The translations under genes and the position numbers were made by a program. A stretch of 63,006 bases of DNA, counting the filler, from Licmophora abbreviata (taxonomy: Eukaryota): assembly GCA_900291995.1 (NCBI GenBank). It is 8 parts of 8 records of this genome, joined end to end, with 100 filler letters (N's around TTAATTAATTAA, not from the genome) between each part and the next. Parts side by side here need not be neighbours in the genome. Positions count along the whole stretch, not along the records: positions 31,690 to 48,019 come from OLMU01000194.1; positions 48,120 to 56,741 come from OLMU01000196.1; positions 56,842 to 63,006 come from OLMU01000197.1; 5 more parts are not named here. One strand, 5' to 3'. The notes beneath the pieces are model-generated. The model saw only the letters and a list, made by a program, of their open reading frames with translations, did not search any database and was not told the origin of the DNA. This document shows positions 46,628 through 59,064 of this stretch, piece after piece. Each line of letters opens with the position of its first letter. Positions within the stretch are counted from its first letter, which is position 1.

Positions 46628-48019
46628 TCACTCCTCCCGCAACTCTTGGCTATAGCCCGCGTCATCTGGGGTCAAAGAATCGGTGGCTTTGCGATCACCG
46701 ATCTGCTCTACGGAAGGGAATATTTCTTCGTCAACCGCGACCTCCACGATTAACTCGTCTGCCTCGATGTTGACGTCGCCTGAAAGACCCTCGTCTTGTC
46801 CTGTCTTGGATTTTGGCGGGGTCTTCGTCTTCTTCTTGGCACGTTGATTAATAACCTGCCGCGCCGCATCCTCATGAGAAAGAATGGCTTGCTCGGATGC
46901 CTCCCGTTTTGCAAAGGCAGCACTAGCGAGCCGCTTCCGCTCAATGGTCGCCTCCTTCAAGCGTCGGATCTCGGCCTCAAGGAGCTCAACTTGCTTTTCA
47001 AGGTTCTTGGTTCGCTCCTCGGAAGTCCTGGGACCATCCACGTCCAAAGCGTCCCATGGTGTCGACTTTGGTGGCTGGTCACCACTCGCATGAAAGTCCA
47101 CCTGCCCCGCAGCCGCTCGAAAAGCAAGTGCCATGCCCAACAGTCCAGTGGAGTCCAACGCCGACGACGGAATCGTCATCATGTTTCCGACACTGAGATT
47201 TTTCGAGTCATCGCTCTTTGTCAGTCGCATGAGATAGCCCCTCACAATAGCGTTAGCGCGACCACGACGACTATAAATTGCCTCGGAATTCGGCACTTCA
47301 ACATCCACGGTGCCGACTGAAACGCGCCGCTTCTTCGCATTTCGCGACTCTTCCCTCAAGAACTTCTCTCGTTCTCGCGAGCGCTTCTTTCTCGTCCGCT
47401 CCAGCTCTCGCTGCTCTCGTTTGGTGTCCCTGTTGTTGGACCCCTTAGACTTCTTCTGGGCGGACTTAGATTTCTGGCTGGATTTCGACTTGGATTTCTC
47501 TTTCTTTTGAGCGGCCTTTTCTTCACTGGCTTTCTGCTTTTTGAGCGCCAGCGCTCTCTTCTTTGCGTTCTTTCTTCCTTCCATCGTAAAATCTAGGAGT
47601 CCGTCTGTCAATAGCAATTCGTTCGCTTCTTCTACCTCTGACGCGGACAACACCCTCTCACCAAGGGTATTGTACTCAAGCTCCGAGTCTGCTTCGTCGG
47701 CCTCCTCATCGGACTGACTTAACACAGCGTAGCTGTAATTCATCTCTTGCTCGCCATCTTCTTGCTCGTCCTCCTCTTCCTCCTCCATTAGGTCTCCACA
47801 CGTGTCATTTAGCTGCATTTCGAACTCATCGAGCGCCCAACGCCCCTCTTCCAGAGCTAAGGCGAATGTCTTCGAGCTTGCAACGTCATGGCTCCTCGAT
47901 GATCGCTTCTTCTTGGTAATATTTCCAGCCGCGGCAGCCAGATTTGGATCTTCGTCTGGATCAAAACTCTCGATAATGTCGGATTCCCGCACCCAAATGA
48001 ACTCGTGTGTCCCCATGAA
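46628..48019 (-). CDS. Nuclear protein, C-terminal part; begins with what looks like the end of a PWWP domain (5' truncated by the gap)
   Basis: The frame is open to the gap. FMGTHEFIWVRESDIIESF resembles the PWWP FFGT.e.aWV strand, followed by acidic and Lys/Arg-rich tracts and a coiled coil. Confidence 0.65.
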   Translation of the reverse strand, partial: FMGTHEFIWVRESDIIESFDPDEDPNLAAAAGNITKKKRSSRSHDVASSKTFALALEEGRWALDEFEMQLNDTCGDLMEEEEEDEQEDGEQEMNYSYAVLSQSDEEADEADSELEYNTLGERVLSASEVEEANELLLTDGLLDFTMEGRKNAKKRALALKKQKASEEKAAQKKEKSKSKSSQKSKSAQKKSKGSNNRDTKREQRELERTRKKRSREREKFLREESRNAKKRRVSVGTVDVEVPNSEAIYSRRGRANAIVRGYLMRLTKSDDSKNLSVGNMMTIPSSALDSTGLLGMALAFRAAAGQVDFHASGDQPPKSTPWDALDVDGPRTSEERTKNLEKQVELLEAEIRRLKEATIERKRLASAAFAKREASEQAILSHEDAARQVINQRAKKKTKTPPKSKTGQDEGLSGDVNIEADELIVEVAVDEEIFPSVEQIGDRKATDSLTPDDAGYSQELREE

Positions 48020-48119
48020 NNNNNNNNNNNNNNNNNNNNNNNNNNNNNNNNNNNNNNNNNNNNTTAATTAATTAANNNNNNNNNNNNNNNNNNNNNNNNN
48101 NNNNNNNNNNNNNNNNNNN
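48020..48119. other. Artificial scaffold spacer
   Basis: Same linker; the 5' part of the PWWP-like gene is missing here. Confidence 0.97.
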
Positions 48120-48389
48120 ACCTGGCTTAGTAAAATGGCTAATGGCGTGAACGTGAACTTGGTTGGGTTTTCTGGTGCACTGCTCGTCTAGTCCTAGTCA
48201 CGCCTAGTACATGTAGAGAGAGGAGTTCTTTAGAGCAATCTAGTCACAGTTGTGTAAGATGTGTGGTACTAGTATTTGCTATTTGCGGCTCTGAAAAAAA
48301 CACTAGGATGATCTCTGTCAGGAGAGAACCGAACCCTTTCAACGTTCAAACCTCAACTCGCCAGGAATACAACTTCAGCATTGGCGGCA

Positions 48390-51300
48390 CTAGCGTCCAC
48401 GCCCCCTTCCACTTCTTCCCCGACGCCCACCTCTGCCACGACCACGGCCACCTCGTCCGCTAGCCTTTAGGCGATCCGAGCCATGGAAGACGCGAACATT
48501 GCCTTGCAGAAGCTCATCGGTCGGAAAGCAACAAGTGTACTTGGTTTCGCCTGACTCCAGGAGCGATTCGCCCGCTTTGAATTCAATCTTCATAAAATGA
48601 CATCTCAACACGTCGTCTCTGCGGTTAAGGATCGTCACTTTGTCGACACTCTGAGGAAGATATACTATCGTCGGATCTCGTGTCGACACCAACCGCCATT
48701 TTGGTCCTAAGTGAGGATCAACGATGAACACACCACCGCTATCCGGATCTGGACTGACGCTCATTTCCTCTATGAGGGGGTGATGGTCGGGAAGAGGACA
48801 TGTCAGAGTAAGCGCCTTCCCCGCCATTCGCTGGATCTGTTGTTCCTTGTTCTCATCCTCGCGGTCGACTGGATTATGTGAGCCGTCGTCTTCTGAGCTC
48901 ATGGACCAATCGGCACTGTTGAAACAGTTGGGACATAAAGGGAAAGATCGGGGAGGCTGTCCGACGGTGTACAGACACAGTTCGAAGTTACAGCCTTGGA
49001 CGGAGCACTTCCGTCCAGTCCACTCTTTCACGATGCCACCCGCAGGAAGTGGATATACTTCTTCCGTGAATCGATTGTACAAGCGGGATGGCGGGCCCTG
49101 AATGAACTGAAGGTATCGTCTAGTCTTCCCACAGCGAGTGAAAGGTCTGCCAATGTCTTCTAACTTCGAGAACGATGATCCAAACAGCACATCCATACGA
49201 GCGATTTGCGTGACAAAGTATTCGAACTTGTCATGGAAAATCTTGATTGCGTTGCGCACAACTTCGTCCTGTAGTTGTGCATCGAAAACACCGAGATGAG
49301 CTAGTTTCATAATCTCTTGTTTCACACTTGATATTCCAAACTAACCTTGTGTGCTAGACCCTTGGCAACTCTAGTGCACTGATCCTCGATATCCGAGCGA
49401 ATCCTCGGAAGAACCAAGCTACTATCGATCTGGTGATAACCCTGGACCAACACAAGACCCAGTTTCGAGGGACCGATGCGTCTACCCGACTCTAACATGG
49501 CATAGTTCCTCTTTAGTATATTCTCAATGTGTGTAGGTATCGACGCGTCAGTGCCTGTTGTCAGTTGTGGAAGAGATTGTGAGCGCACGGTCTCGAGGTC
49601 CACGCGACGGCTGGAGTCGTCTCTACAATCACGTACCGATGCCATGCTTCTCCATGAGCCCTATTAGCTCAGATTCGGTGAGGAGAGACGGAGGGCGTGT
49701 CATCTTCTCTTTAATGTTCAACGATGCCCAGCATGACGCCCCGGTTGTCACGGAAACCTTCGATGATGATGTCGAGTTCGTGCTCTGCAGTATAGGTATG
49801 GTATCGCCCACCTCGAACTCCGGTATGGCTCGCTCTTCTTCCTCGTTATCGTCTCCTTCCGCGTCATCTCCGTATTCTTTGTGGAGCAGAACCGCGAGAA
49901 ATCCAGGAGAGACGATCTGACAAGGCGAGAAAATAGAGTTTGTGTAAGAGTCGCGCCGATAATGAAAAGTGCCCTTCGATGAAGCACGTCCGTACCTCTT
50001 TGCCACTGAGTAAGAATTTCCCGTCGTCACCAAGAGCATGAACCTCGAAGTCGATTCGTGTTGAGCGCCACACGGCATCTTCGCTAACAGATGCTATAAA
50101 ATGCCGAACAACAAGGTCGTACACCCGAGCCGAGTCGCCGAAAAGCTCTCCAGGCCCTGCGGAGCGGCAAGGTGTGATTGGCGGGTGGTCTCCAGCGTCG
50201 AATCCTCCACGAGACTTGTTGTGACCTTGTCGCATCAAGGATCTGACATAGCCTCCCCAGCGATTATCAGCAGTCTGCATTTGAAGCGCTTCATTGATGT
50301 CGAACGAGGCGGGGTAGGCGCTCGACTCAGTTCTAGGGTAGGATAGGTAGCCACTGAGATAAAGGCGTTCGGCAGTTTGCATTGCAGCATGCGGCCCGAT
50401 CCCAAGAGCCTTCGAGCAAGCCTTCAGAAGTGCAACTGTATTCAACGGAACTGGACGTCCCTGTTTTCTATCTTTGATAACGACCGATGACACTTTGGCG
50501 GTCCCCGCATTTTCTGTGCACTTCGCTAAAAGACTCTCAACTTTGCCCTTGTTAAACGACCTGCCAGACCCCCACATCGCCCGCAGCATGCGACCTCTCT
50601 TCAGCACCCCTAACTCCAACGTCCAGTATGGTTCTGCCTTAAACGTTTCGATATCGATGTACCGCTGCACACAGAAACCCAGTGTAGGCGTCTGACAGGG
50701 TCCATACGAAAGCACAGCACTATCCAGATCTCCATATCGGCCTTGGAAGTATCGAGTCTGAAACCGTGAGAATGCCACTCCGACCTTCAGGTCGAGTTCT
50801 TGCCGGGCATCTACCGCCAAGCTTTGATTCTTGTCAGGTTTACCGAGCAACTTATAAGCTTTCTGAATGTCGGATGGGTTGATGGCACTAAAGTGCGCTC
50901 GGTATACGCGATCATAATTGGACGAGCTGCCACCTGCCTGCATGAGATGCATGCAACAGTCCAGTACTTCAAAATTGATGTTTTCACCCTCACGGTCGCA
51001 GTCCATCCAAAGACAGATAAAGTTCGTACCACGTGCCTGTTCCTGCAAGTGTTTGACAGTCGCCCCCTTGGTTGGCTTTTTGACAACGGGTGAGTGGAAC
51101 AGTTCGGCCGGATCAACTGAGTCCCAGCTCTGATATTGCGAGGGGAAGTCGACGGAAAACACATGACCCGCAACCGACGTGACTCGGTGGAAGCATTTCG
51201 AGGCCTTGGGCGCTTTTGGAAAAGGAGGCCCAGTAAATTCATGCACTGGGAGCATCTTGCCCCCAGACGATATGTCGCCGGGCGCTAGGCCTCGGGCAAT

Positions 51301-51828
51301 GGCCTGTCCAATGCTTGGTTTCTCGGCAATATGCAAGACGACGATTCGTTCTCCCTTCCCATAATTCACCGAATTAGTCGTCTGGGGTTGATTTGGTAAG
51401 GCTGAGGGAGCAAGAGGAATCTCTGACTTGGTTTCTCTCGTCGTCTTCTGTGTTGTTTTAACACAATGAGCCTTGTCCGTGCGATCATTTTCCTCCATCT
51501 TGGTCTTGTCGTTTGCGCCTTTGCTCTTTTGTTTGTTCTTAGCATAGGGATCCCGTGAAATGTCTGTCTTAATTGATGAGGCGCCTGATGGTTGAAAGGG
51601 GGCAGCCGACGCGGACAAGGTCGCCGAGCCTTCTGTGTCAATTTGCTGTGTCGTTCCATTTTGGAAGGTCTTCTGTTTTTGGTTTGACGAAGGACGACCA
51701 GAGGACCGACCTCCACGTGGTGTACGGCCCGATCTGCGACCTCCTCTTATTGCTCGTCCACCTCTCTGTTCTCGTCGACTTCGTCTGCCGCGTCCTCTCG
51801 CTGGCGAAGAGTGGCCGGTCTCCGTCAT
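48390..51828 (-). CDS. TOP3B: DNA/RNA topoisomerase III beta (~1066 aa, 4 exons)
   Basis: TOPRIM IAEKPS and DCDREGENI, VDARQELDLKVG.AF, SYGPCQTPTLGF, catalytic GYLSYPRTES, GIGTDASIP.HI, C-terminal Cys clusters and an RGG tail. Exons 49996-51828, 49637-49916, 49346-49554 and 48390-49268. Confidence 0.95.
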
Positions 51829-52147
51829 GGTCGTTGCGGAAGAGTTTCAAGTTGGCGAGAGTTGAGAGTTCGAGGGTTGGAAAGAATATTGCGCCAAACT
51901 TGAGGAGGGACAGACAGACGCGATCTCATATCGTACTCAGACGACATTCCGAATGTGTCGCATGCGACATTTGCAATTTGAGTTGTGACCCGATCGACTC
52001 ACTCGACTTAATCCGAGATCTTGGAAGCATCCCGATGCGCAATGAACCGCGCAAGGCGGCATTGACCATGCACTCATTGGTGCCCTTTGCTGCTGCTTGC
52101 CGCATTGCCGCTCGTTTCGTCAGCTTATTTGTGTAGTCTAAGTCACC

Positions 52148-53720
52148 ATGTCGTCTGAAGGTGCTTCGGGAGCTGCGAGCGGCGGTCAGCTGGAAGAGAA
52201 AGTGGATTTATCGGCGGAAGTCGACGCCAAAATGCCGCAAGCCGAGAAACTCGCCGAGTCGGGACAGCTTCGAGAGGCGCTCGCGCTTTTGGCGGCATTG
52301 GAGAAGAAGTGTCGTGTTGGGAACGATAATACATCCCTGGTCAAAGTCTGCGAAGCGTCTGTGCAATTCTGCAAGGACGCAGGCGACGACGAAGCGCTCC
52401 TGGCGACTCTTCAGACACTCTCGACACGCAGGTCCCAGAAGTCGGCTGCGATTGGAGCTCTTGTCAACAAGGCGCTTCCCTGGTGTACTGATGGAAACAC
52501 GCCAATCGAGACGGCCGATAAGGAGTCCAGAGATAAGCTCGTCGTCACTCTGCGCGATATCACTGACGGAAAGCTCTTTCTCGAGGCGGAACGAGCCAGG
52601 CTTACACGGGCTCTCGCCACCATCAAGGTATATATGAGAAGAGAACGCAGCAACGGTCCACCGCAACGGTCGGGTCGTTGCTGGGACAGAGACAGGCATT
52701 CAAGGCACTCGTGTAAACACCTCTCACTGACGGTTTCGTCTCTATCGTAGGAGCAAGAAGGAGACATTGCGGCGGCGGCAGATGTCTTGCAGGAGGTTCA
52801 TGTCGAAACATATGGATCCTTGTCCAAACGAGAAAAGGTTGAGTTCATTCTGGAGCAGATGCGACTGACGCTTGGCAAGAAGGATTACGTGCGTGCTCAC
52901 ATTGTTGCTGGAAAAGTTTCGCGCAAGAACCTGCAAGAAGATTCCATGGAGCACTTCAAGGTTACGTTCTATACCCTCATGTCCGAGTACCATCGTCACG
53001 AGAAGGACGCCTTTGAACTTGCCAAAGACTATCACGCCATTTACTCCACTCCGCACATCCAGTCCGATGATGCTAAGTGGAAGGATGCACTGCAGAGTAC
53101 GGTCGCATTCTTGTCGCTTAGTCCGTATGATATGGACCAACAGGGCATGCTGCATCGCATTGACAAGGACCCTAACCTGGAAAAGCTTCCCTCTTGCCAG
53201 TAAGTTTTGTTGTGCGCAGAAGGACAAAAGAAGTCGGTCGTTTCACTGTACCGTTTATTAAAACTAACCCGATGCATTCCGTCGTTTCATTCGAAGGGCT
53301 ACCATCCAATCACTGCTCAAGAAGGAAATCATCAACTATCCGCTTCCGCATCAGGCCGAGCTCGAATCGTGGACGGCATTGTCATTGGACGGCCTGGCGG
53401 GACACTGGAAAACCACCTTCCACCAACGCATCATCCAGCACAACGTTCGCGTCGCCTCACATTACTACCAACGTATTCATGGAGCTCGACTGGCCCAGCT
53501 TTTGGGCTTGGAGCCATCCCGTCTTGAACAGGAGATATCCAACATGGTTAGCGACGGAACCGTCTACGCCAAGATTGATCGGCCCAATGATATTGTGCGT
53601 TTCTCTACTTCCAAAACACCCGAGGCAGTACTCACCGAGTGGGCTGCTGATATCGACAAACTGTTGTCTCTAGTGGAAAACACGACGCATCTTATTCAAA
53701 AGGAGAACATGACGCAGTAG
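52148..53720 (+). CDS. RPN5: 26S proteasome lid subunit RPN5/PSMD12 (~450 aa, 3 exons)
   Basis: LEKKCR, ITDGKLFLEAERARLT, LQEVHVETYGS, EFILEQMRL and the PCI domain IIQHNVRV.S.YY.RI...AKIDRP..IV.F. Introns 52628-52750 and 53200-53296. Confidence 0.95.
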
Positions 53721-53882
53721 ATGGTTTTGGTAGCTTCTCTCAAGAGAGCAGTCATGATATCTCTAGTACCCGATACGACATTAGGCGTCGCTAGCTAGTA
53801 GAATAGAACATTGAGCGGGCATCGGTGCAACGGATCGGATATATACTCATAGTTCTCGGTAGACCGTCTCGTCCATGTAGGT

Positions 53883-55175
53883 TTAGTCGACAAGCTCCAC
53901 TGTAGGCGGATGGGTCGTTCGCGTACTCGACAGCGGCTGCCAGGCTGGATCACCACCTCGTGAAAGAATGGACGACGGCGACGGGTACCGACACACGTCG
54001 GGCGATGCCTCTCCAATAACCATCAGCTTTGCCCAAAACGAAAAAACTTGTGATACTTCTCCTACCGCTGTGCCACTAGTTCGATTCTCGTCCGAAGCAG
54101 GCTGTATCTCCTTGCTCATGTACCACAGAATGGTCTAAAATTAAAACAACAAACGCAGCTGTTGAGGCCGATGCCATAGTTTGGCAATAGAAAGTGAACT
54201 TCCATGTGAATGTAGACCAATCGAGCAGCGTACCTCATTTGAAAATCTCTTCGCAATTATACATCGCAAAAACCGACGATCGTGGTCTCCAGCGGCTGTC
54301 CCAGCAGTTCCAGGATTGTCAGCAACTACGGCGCCCGGCGGCGGCTGTACATGTGCACCGTCAACGGGAGCGGCCGGTTGGACAGGTTGCGGTACCAGCA
54401 AAGGACGCGAAAGACTAGTCTCTTGTTGCCCTGTGAAACGAGGCTTGGTAAAAACGAATCCATTCCCGTTGCATCCCGTACAAAAGTAAATTCCATTGTA
54501 TTCAGGATCGCCCGCGTTCGAAACGACGACGCGTTTCCGAAGGCCGAGCATTGGAACAGGAACACTCCGATGCCTCAACGTACTCCCTACCCCATCGATC
54601 TGTTCTTTAGCTCTAAGCAGCTTCATAACGTCATTAAGCTGTCTCGCCCCAGCGACATCGTGCGTTCGCTGCAACGCGCTCCGGTTTGCGAGCTCGCGGA
54701 ACCGGGAACACGTGTTGGCCGTCCGAACAAGGACATGGCACTCGAGGTATTCAAATACTCTCAATATGACATCGTCTACAGCCATATGCTGCAAGAATGA
54801 GAAAGTACGAGCTCGAGGCTGCTCCCCGGGCGCGACGACCGTGTCGAGATCCATCATTGTTCGGTTCATGGCGATTACGTGTCGGTGACGCTGCCCCAGG
54901 CGCTCGAATGCCCGAAGAAAGTCGTGATACTCATCTTGCTGTCGAAGCGCGATGATATCGTCCCGCGGAATCGACATGAGCCACCTGCCATACCTTTCCA
55001 GGACGTCAAAACCTCCCAAAGGCTCTGTGCGTTGATTCGGCGGAACAGCAGTTCTCGTTGGCGATTGACAAGTAGTGGGTGTCACGCTCTCTCTCGTGCT
55101 CGTCTGCATCTGGTCGTCTGAGTCGCCGTTGTTTTCTTCGACATCGCAGAGGTCCTCGTCAGAATCCATACACAT
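53883..55175 (-). CDS. F-box-containing protein (~397 aa, 2 exons)
   Basis: F-box-like DDVILRVFEYLECHVLVRTANTCSRFRELA, then VVVSNAGDPEYNGIYF. Intron 54135-54233 joins RFSNE|TILWYMSKE in frame. Confidence 0.72.
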
Positions 55176-55794
55176 CCTGCCACGTCTTGCTCGAAGATCG
55201 TGCTGTCGGTACCTGGTACAGGAGAATGCTTGTTGTCGAGTTACAAGAATGCCATGGTCGTCCCGTATCTTTCAAACTGAAACTGACGATTCACGGAAAA
55301 ACTAAAAGATCTTTTCTGGTTCGATCTTGGCGCGAAAAAGGATTCGAGCTTTTGTAATATTTAAAAACATACTTGTAATTCGTGAATTCGAAAGCCAAGC
55401 GAGGTGGTCGTTGAAAGTGAACAGTGCAGTGGTTCATCAGAAGGGTACAGATTGCAGGCGTCCTGTACGAATGCCTGGAAATCTCCTAGTAGCTAGAGTA
55501 GCGATGTATATCATAGGCTCTGGCTGTCGTACCACCAGTTACGGTAGACCTCCTCTCCGAAAACCGGCGAATATCTAACACTTAGCGGGCGTAGGCTCGA
55601 GGAGCGGACGTACATAGACCGACTTTTGTGTAGCGCCCTGTCGGGAGTTCCTATAGACGAATCATTGCGGGGTAATATTCGTATGGCGGATTAAGACGAT
55701 TACTAGTACATAGACTATCGAGTACAATCATGGGACTATGAACAGCTTACGATGTCAGAAAAGATCGGTAGAACGGAAGCGTCCTCTCTAGAGT

Positions 55795-56657
55795 CTACTT
55801 TGCGAAGCACTTTCGCATACTGAATCCGCACAAGGAAGCAGTCGCAAAATAGATAAGAAGCATCAAGGCCGTACCCAGAAACAGGCGGGTTCGCATACGT
55901 TTCCACCAGAGACTCCGTCGCAGGTTCCGACTGCTACTCTCAAACTTGAAAGCTTGCTGATTGAGTCGATCCGTTTTGTCGACGAGCAGCTCAATCTTCT
56001 CACCACGTTCCAAAACCTTTTCGATATTCTGCACCATGACTCCCTTGACATCTTCGATCTGACTCTTGACAGCTCCGATGTTGTCGACGGCGAGATCGGC
56101 TCCGTCGGAATTGTAGAATTCCATTCGTTCTTGGATGAGTCGTGAGAACTCTTCGTTCATGGAAAAGGCAATGGCCGTCAGTGGCAGTTCCGTTCCATAT
56201 CTCGCTACAAACTGTCGCTTCATGTCTTGCAGAAAGGCGTACGGGATTCGGTGTTTGTTGAGTTCGTCCGACATGCAGAGAAAGCAAATGCCCCCTTCGA
56301 CGACGTAGTGAAACACATGCTGGTCGTAGACATAGGTCATTTTCCCATCCACTGCGGGAATCTTTGCGAGGAGCACGCGTGTCACTGTCGGAAAGTTGCC
56401 TGTCGCTTTCAGTAGAGAGACGGAGAGACGAAGGAAGCGAGCAAACAAGCGAGAATTAGCAAAGAGACGAAGAGGTTGAGGGTGTCACGTAGACCTTACG
56501 TGGTTCTCGGTAGGGCGTAGGTTCAATTCAGACTAGAGCAGAAAGCTCTCTTCCGAGGACGCTGCCTCTCCGATGGAGCCTTCTTCTTACCTGACGTCGC
56601 GGTATATTCAGCAAGCACCGTCTTTTGGCGTGATACTAGTGCGTAAACGATCGTCAT
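55795..56657 (-). CDS. VAMP7: Longin R-SNARE, VAMP7/VAMP71 family (223 aa)
   Basis: MTIVYALVSRQKTVLAEY..SG|NF longin start, the SNARE motif VKGVMVQNIEKVLERGEKIELLVDKT..L and a C-terminal TM. Intron 56400-56590. Confidence 0.95.
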
Positions 56658-56741
56658 GGTGGCGGCTTTGGATCGAAACCCAACCACAGTTCTTCGAATG
56701 ACTTTCAACTTCGTCGCGGTCTCCGGTCGTGCGATAGAACC

Positions 56742-56841
56742 NNNNNNNNNNNNNNNNNNNNNNNNNNNNNNNNNNNNNNNNNNNNTTAATTAATTAANNN
56801 NNNNNNNNNNNNNNNNNNNNNNNNNNNNNNNNNNNNNNNNN
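56742..56841. other. Artificial scaffold spacer; flanks overlap by 20 nt
   Basis: Same linker; TCCGGTCGTGCGATAGAACC occurs at both 56722-56741 and 56842-56861. Confidence 0.97.
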
Positions 56842-57333
56842 TCCGGTCGTGCGATAGAACCTCGAGGGTTGCTGGAAAAGCTCGAGGGATTTCGCGCGTG
56901 CACGCTACACGTCTCGAGTCACCCTCAGCGCTCCTGTTTTTTTTTAATGCATGTTGGTGTATTGAGTACTATATCACAGGTGGATAGGATAGTCTATGGC
57001 CGACGCTTCTCCCCCACCTTGTCGCTACTTATCGTTCATAGAGCGGAAGAAGGACTGCTATCGCATAACAGATATCGCCCTCACCACGAGTGTCGGAGAG
57101 GTGAACTCCATCTTGACGGGTGCGCCACCCCAAGTCAATCCATGCCCTGGCTAAGTTGACAGTATCGTCGTTCCAGTATTCTAAACGTTATCATACTACT
57201 CGTAGAGGTCACCACTATCTGTTGAATCCAACTTTCGCATATTTTATAGTCACGCTTTAAAGTCAACAGCTGGGCTAGCGCCGCTTCAGGGAGGCGCCGC
57301 GGCGCCGCCACAACGTCAACAAAGCCAGTCCAG

Positions 57334-59064
57334 TTACGCGACAAAGTCGACATTGTACTCGCCCTCGAACGTCATTTCATCTTCATCAAACCCAACAGTC
57401 GGAAACGTGCAAGCAAAGCCTGTCACGTCGCGACGGAGCTGCTCCAATTCGGGGTCCACAGAAGGACCGACAGAGCACATCGCTTTGAAACCTTTCAACT
57501 TCTTTCCTTCATCCGTCTTCTTCAGTTTCGAGGCAATCGCCACTGCTCTATCAAAGAATTCTGCCACCTTGGCGAAGTCGTCTTCCTTGAAGCCTCGCGA
57601 CGTCAACGCGGGGGTCCCCATACGAATCCCACCAGGGGTAAGCGCCGACGTGTCGCCCGGGATCGTATTCTTGTTGCTAGCGATGCACGCCATCTCCAAA
57701 ACGCGCTCAACGCGAGCTCCATCGATGTCACGGGATGCCTTCAAGTCAACCAATACAAGGTGGTTGTCGGTTCCGCCACTGACGAGAGTGTAACCAAGTT
57801 TGTTGAGTTCGTCCGCCAAACGAGAGCAATTCTTCAGCACCTGCTTCTGGTATTCGACAAAATCGGATGATGCCGCTTGCTTCAAGCACGTGGCCAAGGC
57901 ACCAATAGTGTGGTTGTGAGGACCTCCTTGCAAACCAGGAAAGACAGCAAAGTTTATCTTATCCTCATAGTCGTACATGATTTCATTTCCCTTCTTGTCA
58001 GTGCCCTTTCGCCCCTTGCGGTAAAAGATCATGGCACCACGAGGCCCGCGGAGACTCTTGTGAGTCGTCGTCGTGACAACATCAGCATAAGGGAAGCACG
58101 ACGGGATGACTTCCGCAGCAATGAGACCGGAAATGTGAGCCATGTCGGACATGACGTACGCGCCAACCTTGTCCGCGATTTTGCGAATTCGTTCGTAGTC
58201 AATGAGACGCGAGTAAGCAGAAGCTCCAGCGACAATCAACTTAGGGCGAAAAAGTTCGGCGCTCTTTTCCATTTGATCGTAATCAATGATTCCGGTAGAC
58301 TCGTCGAGGCGGTACGGCATCGATTCAAAGTATCGGGAGACCATGGAGATCTTCTTGTTGGGCGTCTGGTAGCCGTGGGACAAGTGGCCACCGTGCGGAA
58401 GGTCCAGGGAGAGAATACGATCATGAGGATTCAGCAACGCAGTATAGACCTAAGGTGGGCGAGCAAGTGATACAAGGTTAGTGCCAATGCGTTTAAAGCC
58501 ATCAACGACCCTTCGATGTAAAGACATTAGTATGTCGTAGAATACAGTATCCCCATGGAATCGGAGGGAGTCGTCGATGAGCGCGGCATGCGAAACAGGT
58601 CATGCGACCCCGTCGAGGAAACTGTATTCGTACCCAATGAGAGTACATTGTCTAGTGAGACGCCAGACACTACTTGCCTGAAAGTTTGCCGGCGATCCTG
58701 ACAAGGACTGGACATTGACACCCCACTCTTCAGGGTCAAGATGAAAGGCTTCTAGTGCGCGCTTCTGACACAAGAGCTCGACTTGATCAATGTTCTCGTT
58801 TCCTCCATAGTAGCGGGCACCTGGGTATCCCTCGCTATACTTGTTGGACAGAACCGATCCGAGGGCCTCAAGCACTGCTTTGCTGGTGAAGTTTTCGCTG
58901 GCAATGAGGACGAGACTGTTGCGCTGTCGGGCCTTCTCCTGCTCGATCAATTCTGTCAACTGAGGATCCGTCGCCGTCAAGCTCTTATTCAGGTCAGCAC
59001 CAGCACCAAAATAACGAATCGCGCTGCGGCGAATCGGGGCGAACGATGATCGTAGAGTCAGCAT
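57334..59064 (-). CDS. SHMT2: Serine hydroxymethyltransferase, probably mitochondrial (500 aa, 2 exons)
   Basis: [36 protein letters not shown], the PLP-lysine motif [13 protein letters not shown] and [11 protein letters not shown]; Arg/Ser-rich presequence. Intron 58450-58677 has a GC donor. Confidence 0.96.

Noticed and set aside
1..55175. Ubiquitin-system gene cluster (RING, F-box-tubby, DA1, CSN5, RPN5, F-box)
   Set aside because: These are large gene classes, interspersed with unrelated genes across several scaffold joins; there is no evidence of functional clustering.
10194..56797. Seven TTAATTAATTAA copies as a biological repeat, CRISPR array or transposon end
   Set aside because: Each is centred in an identical 100-nt N pad and has stops in all six frames: an assembly linker.
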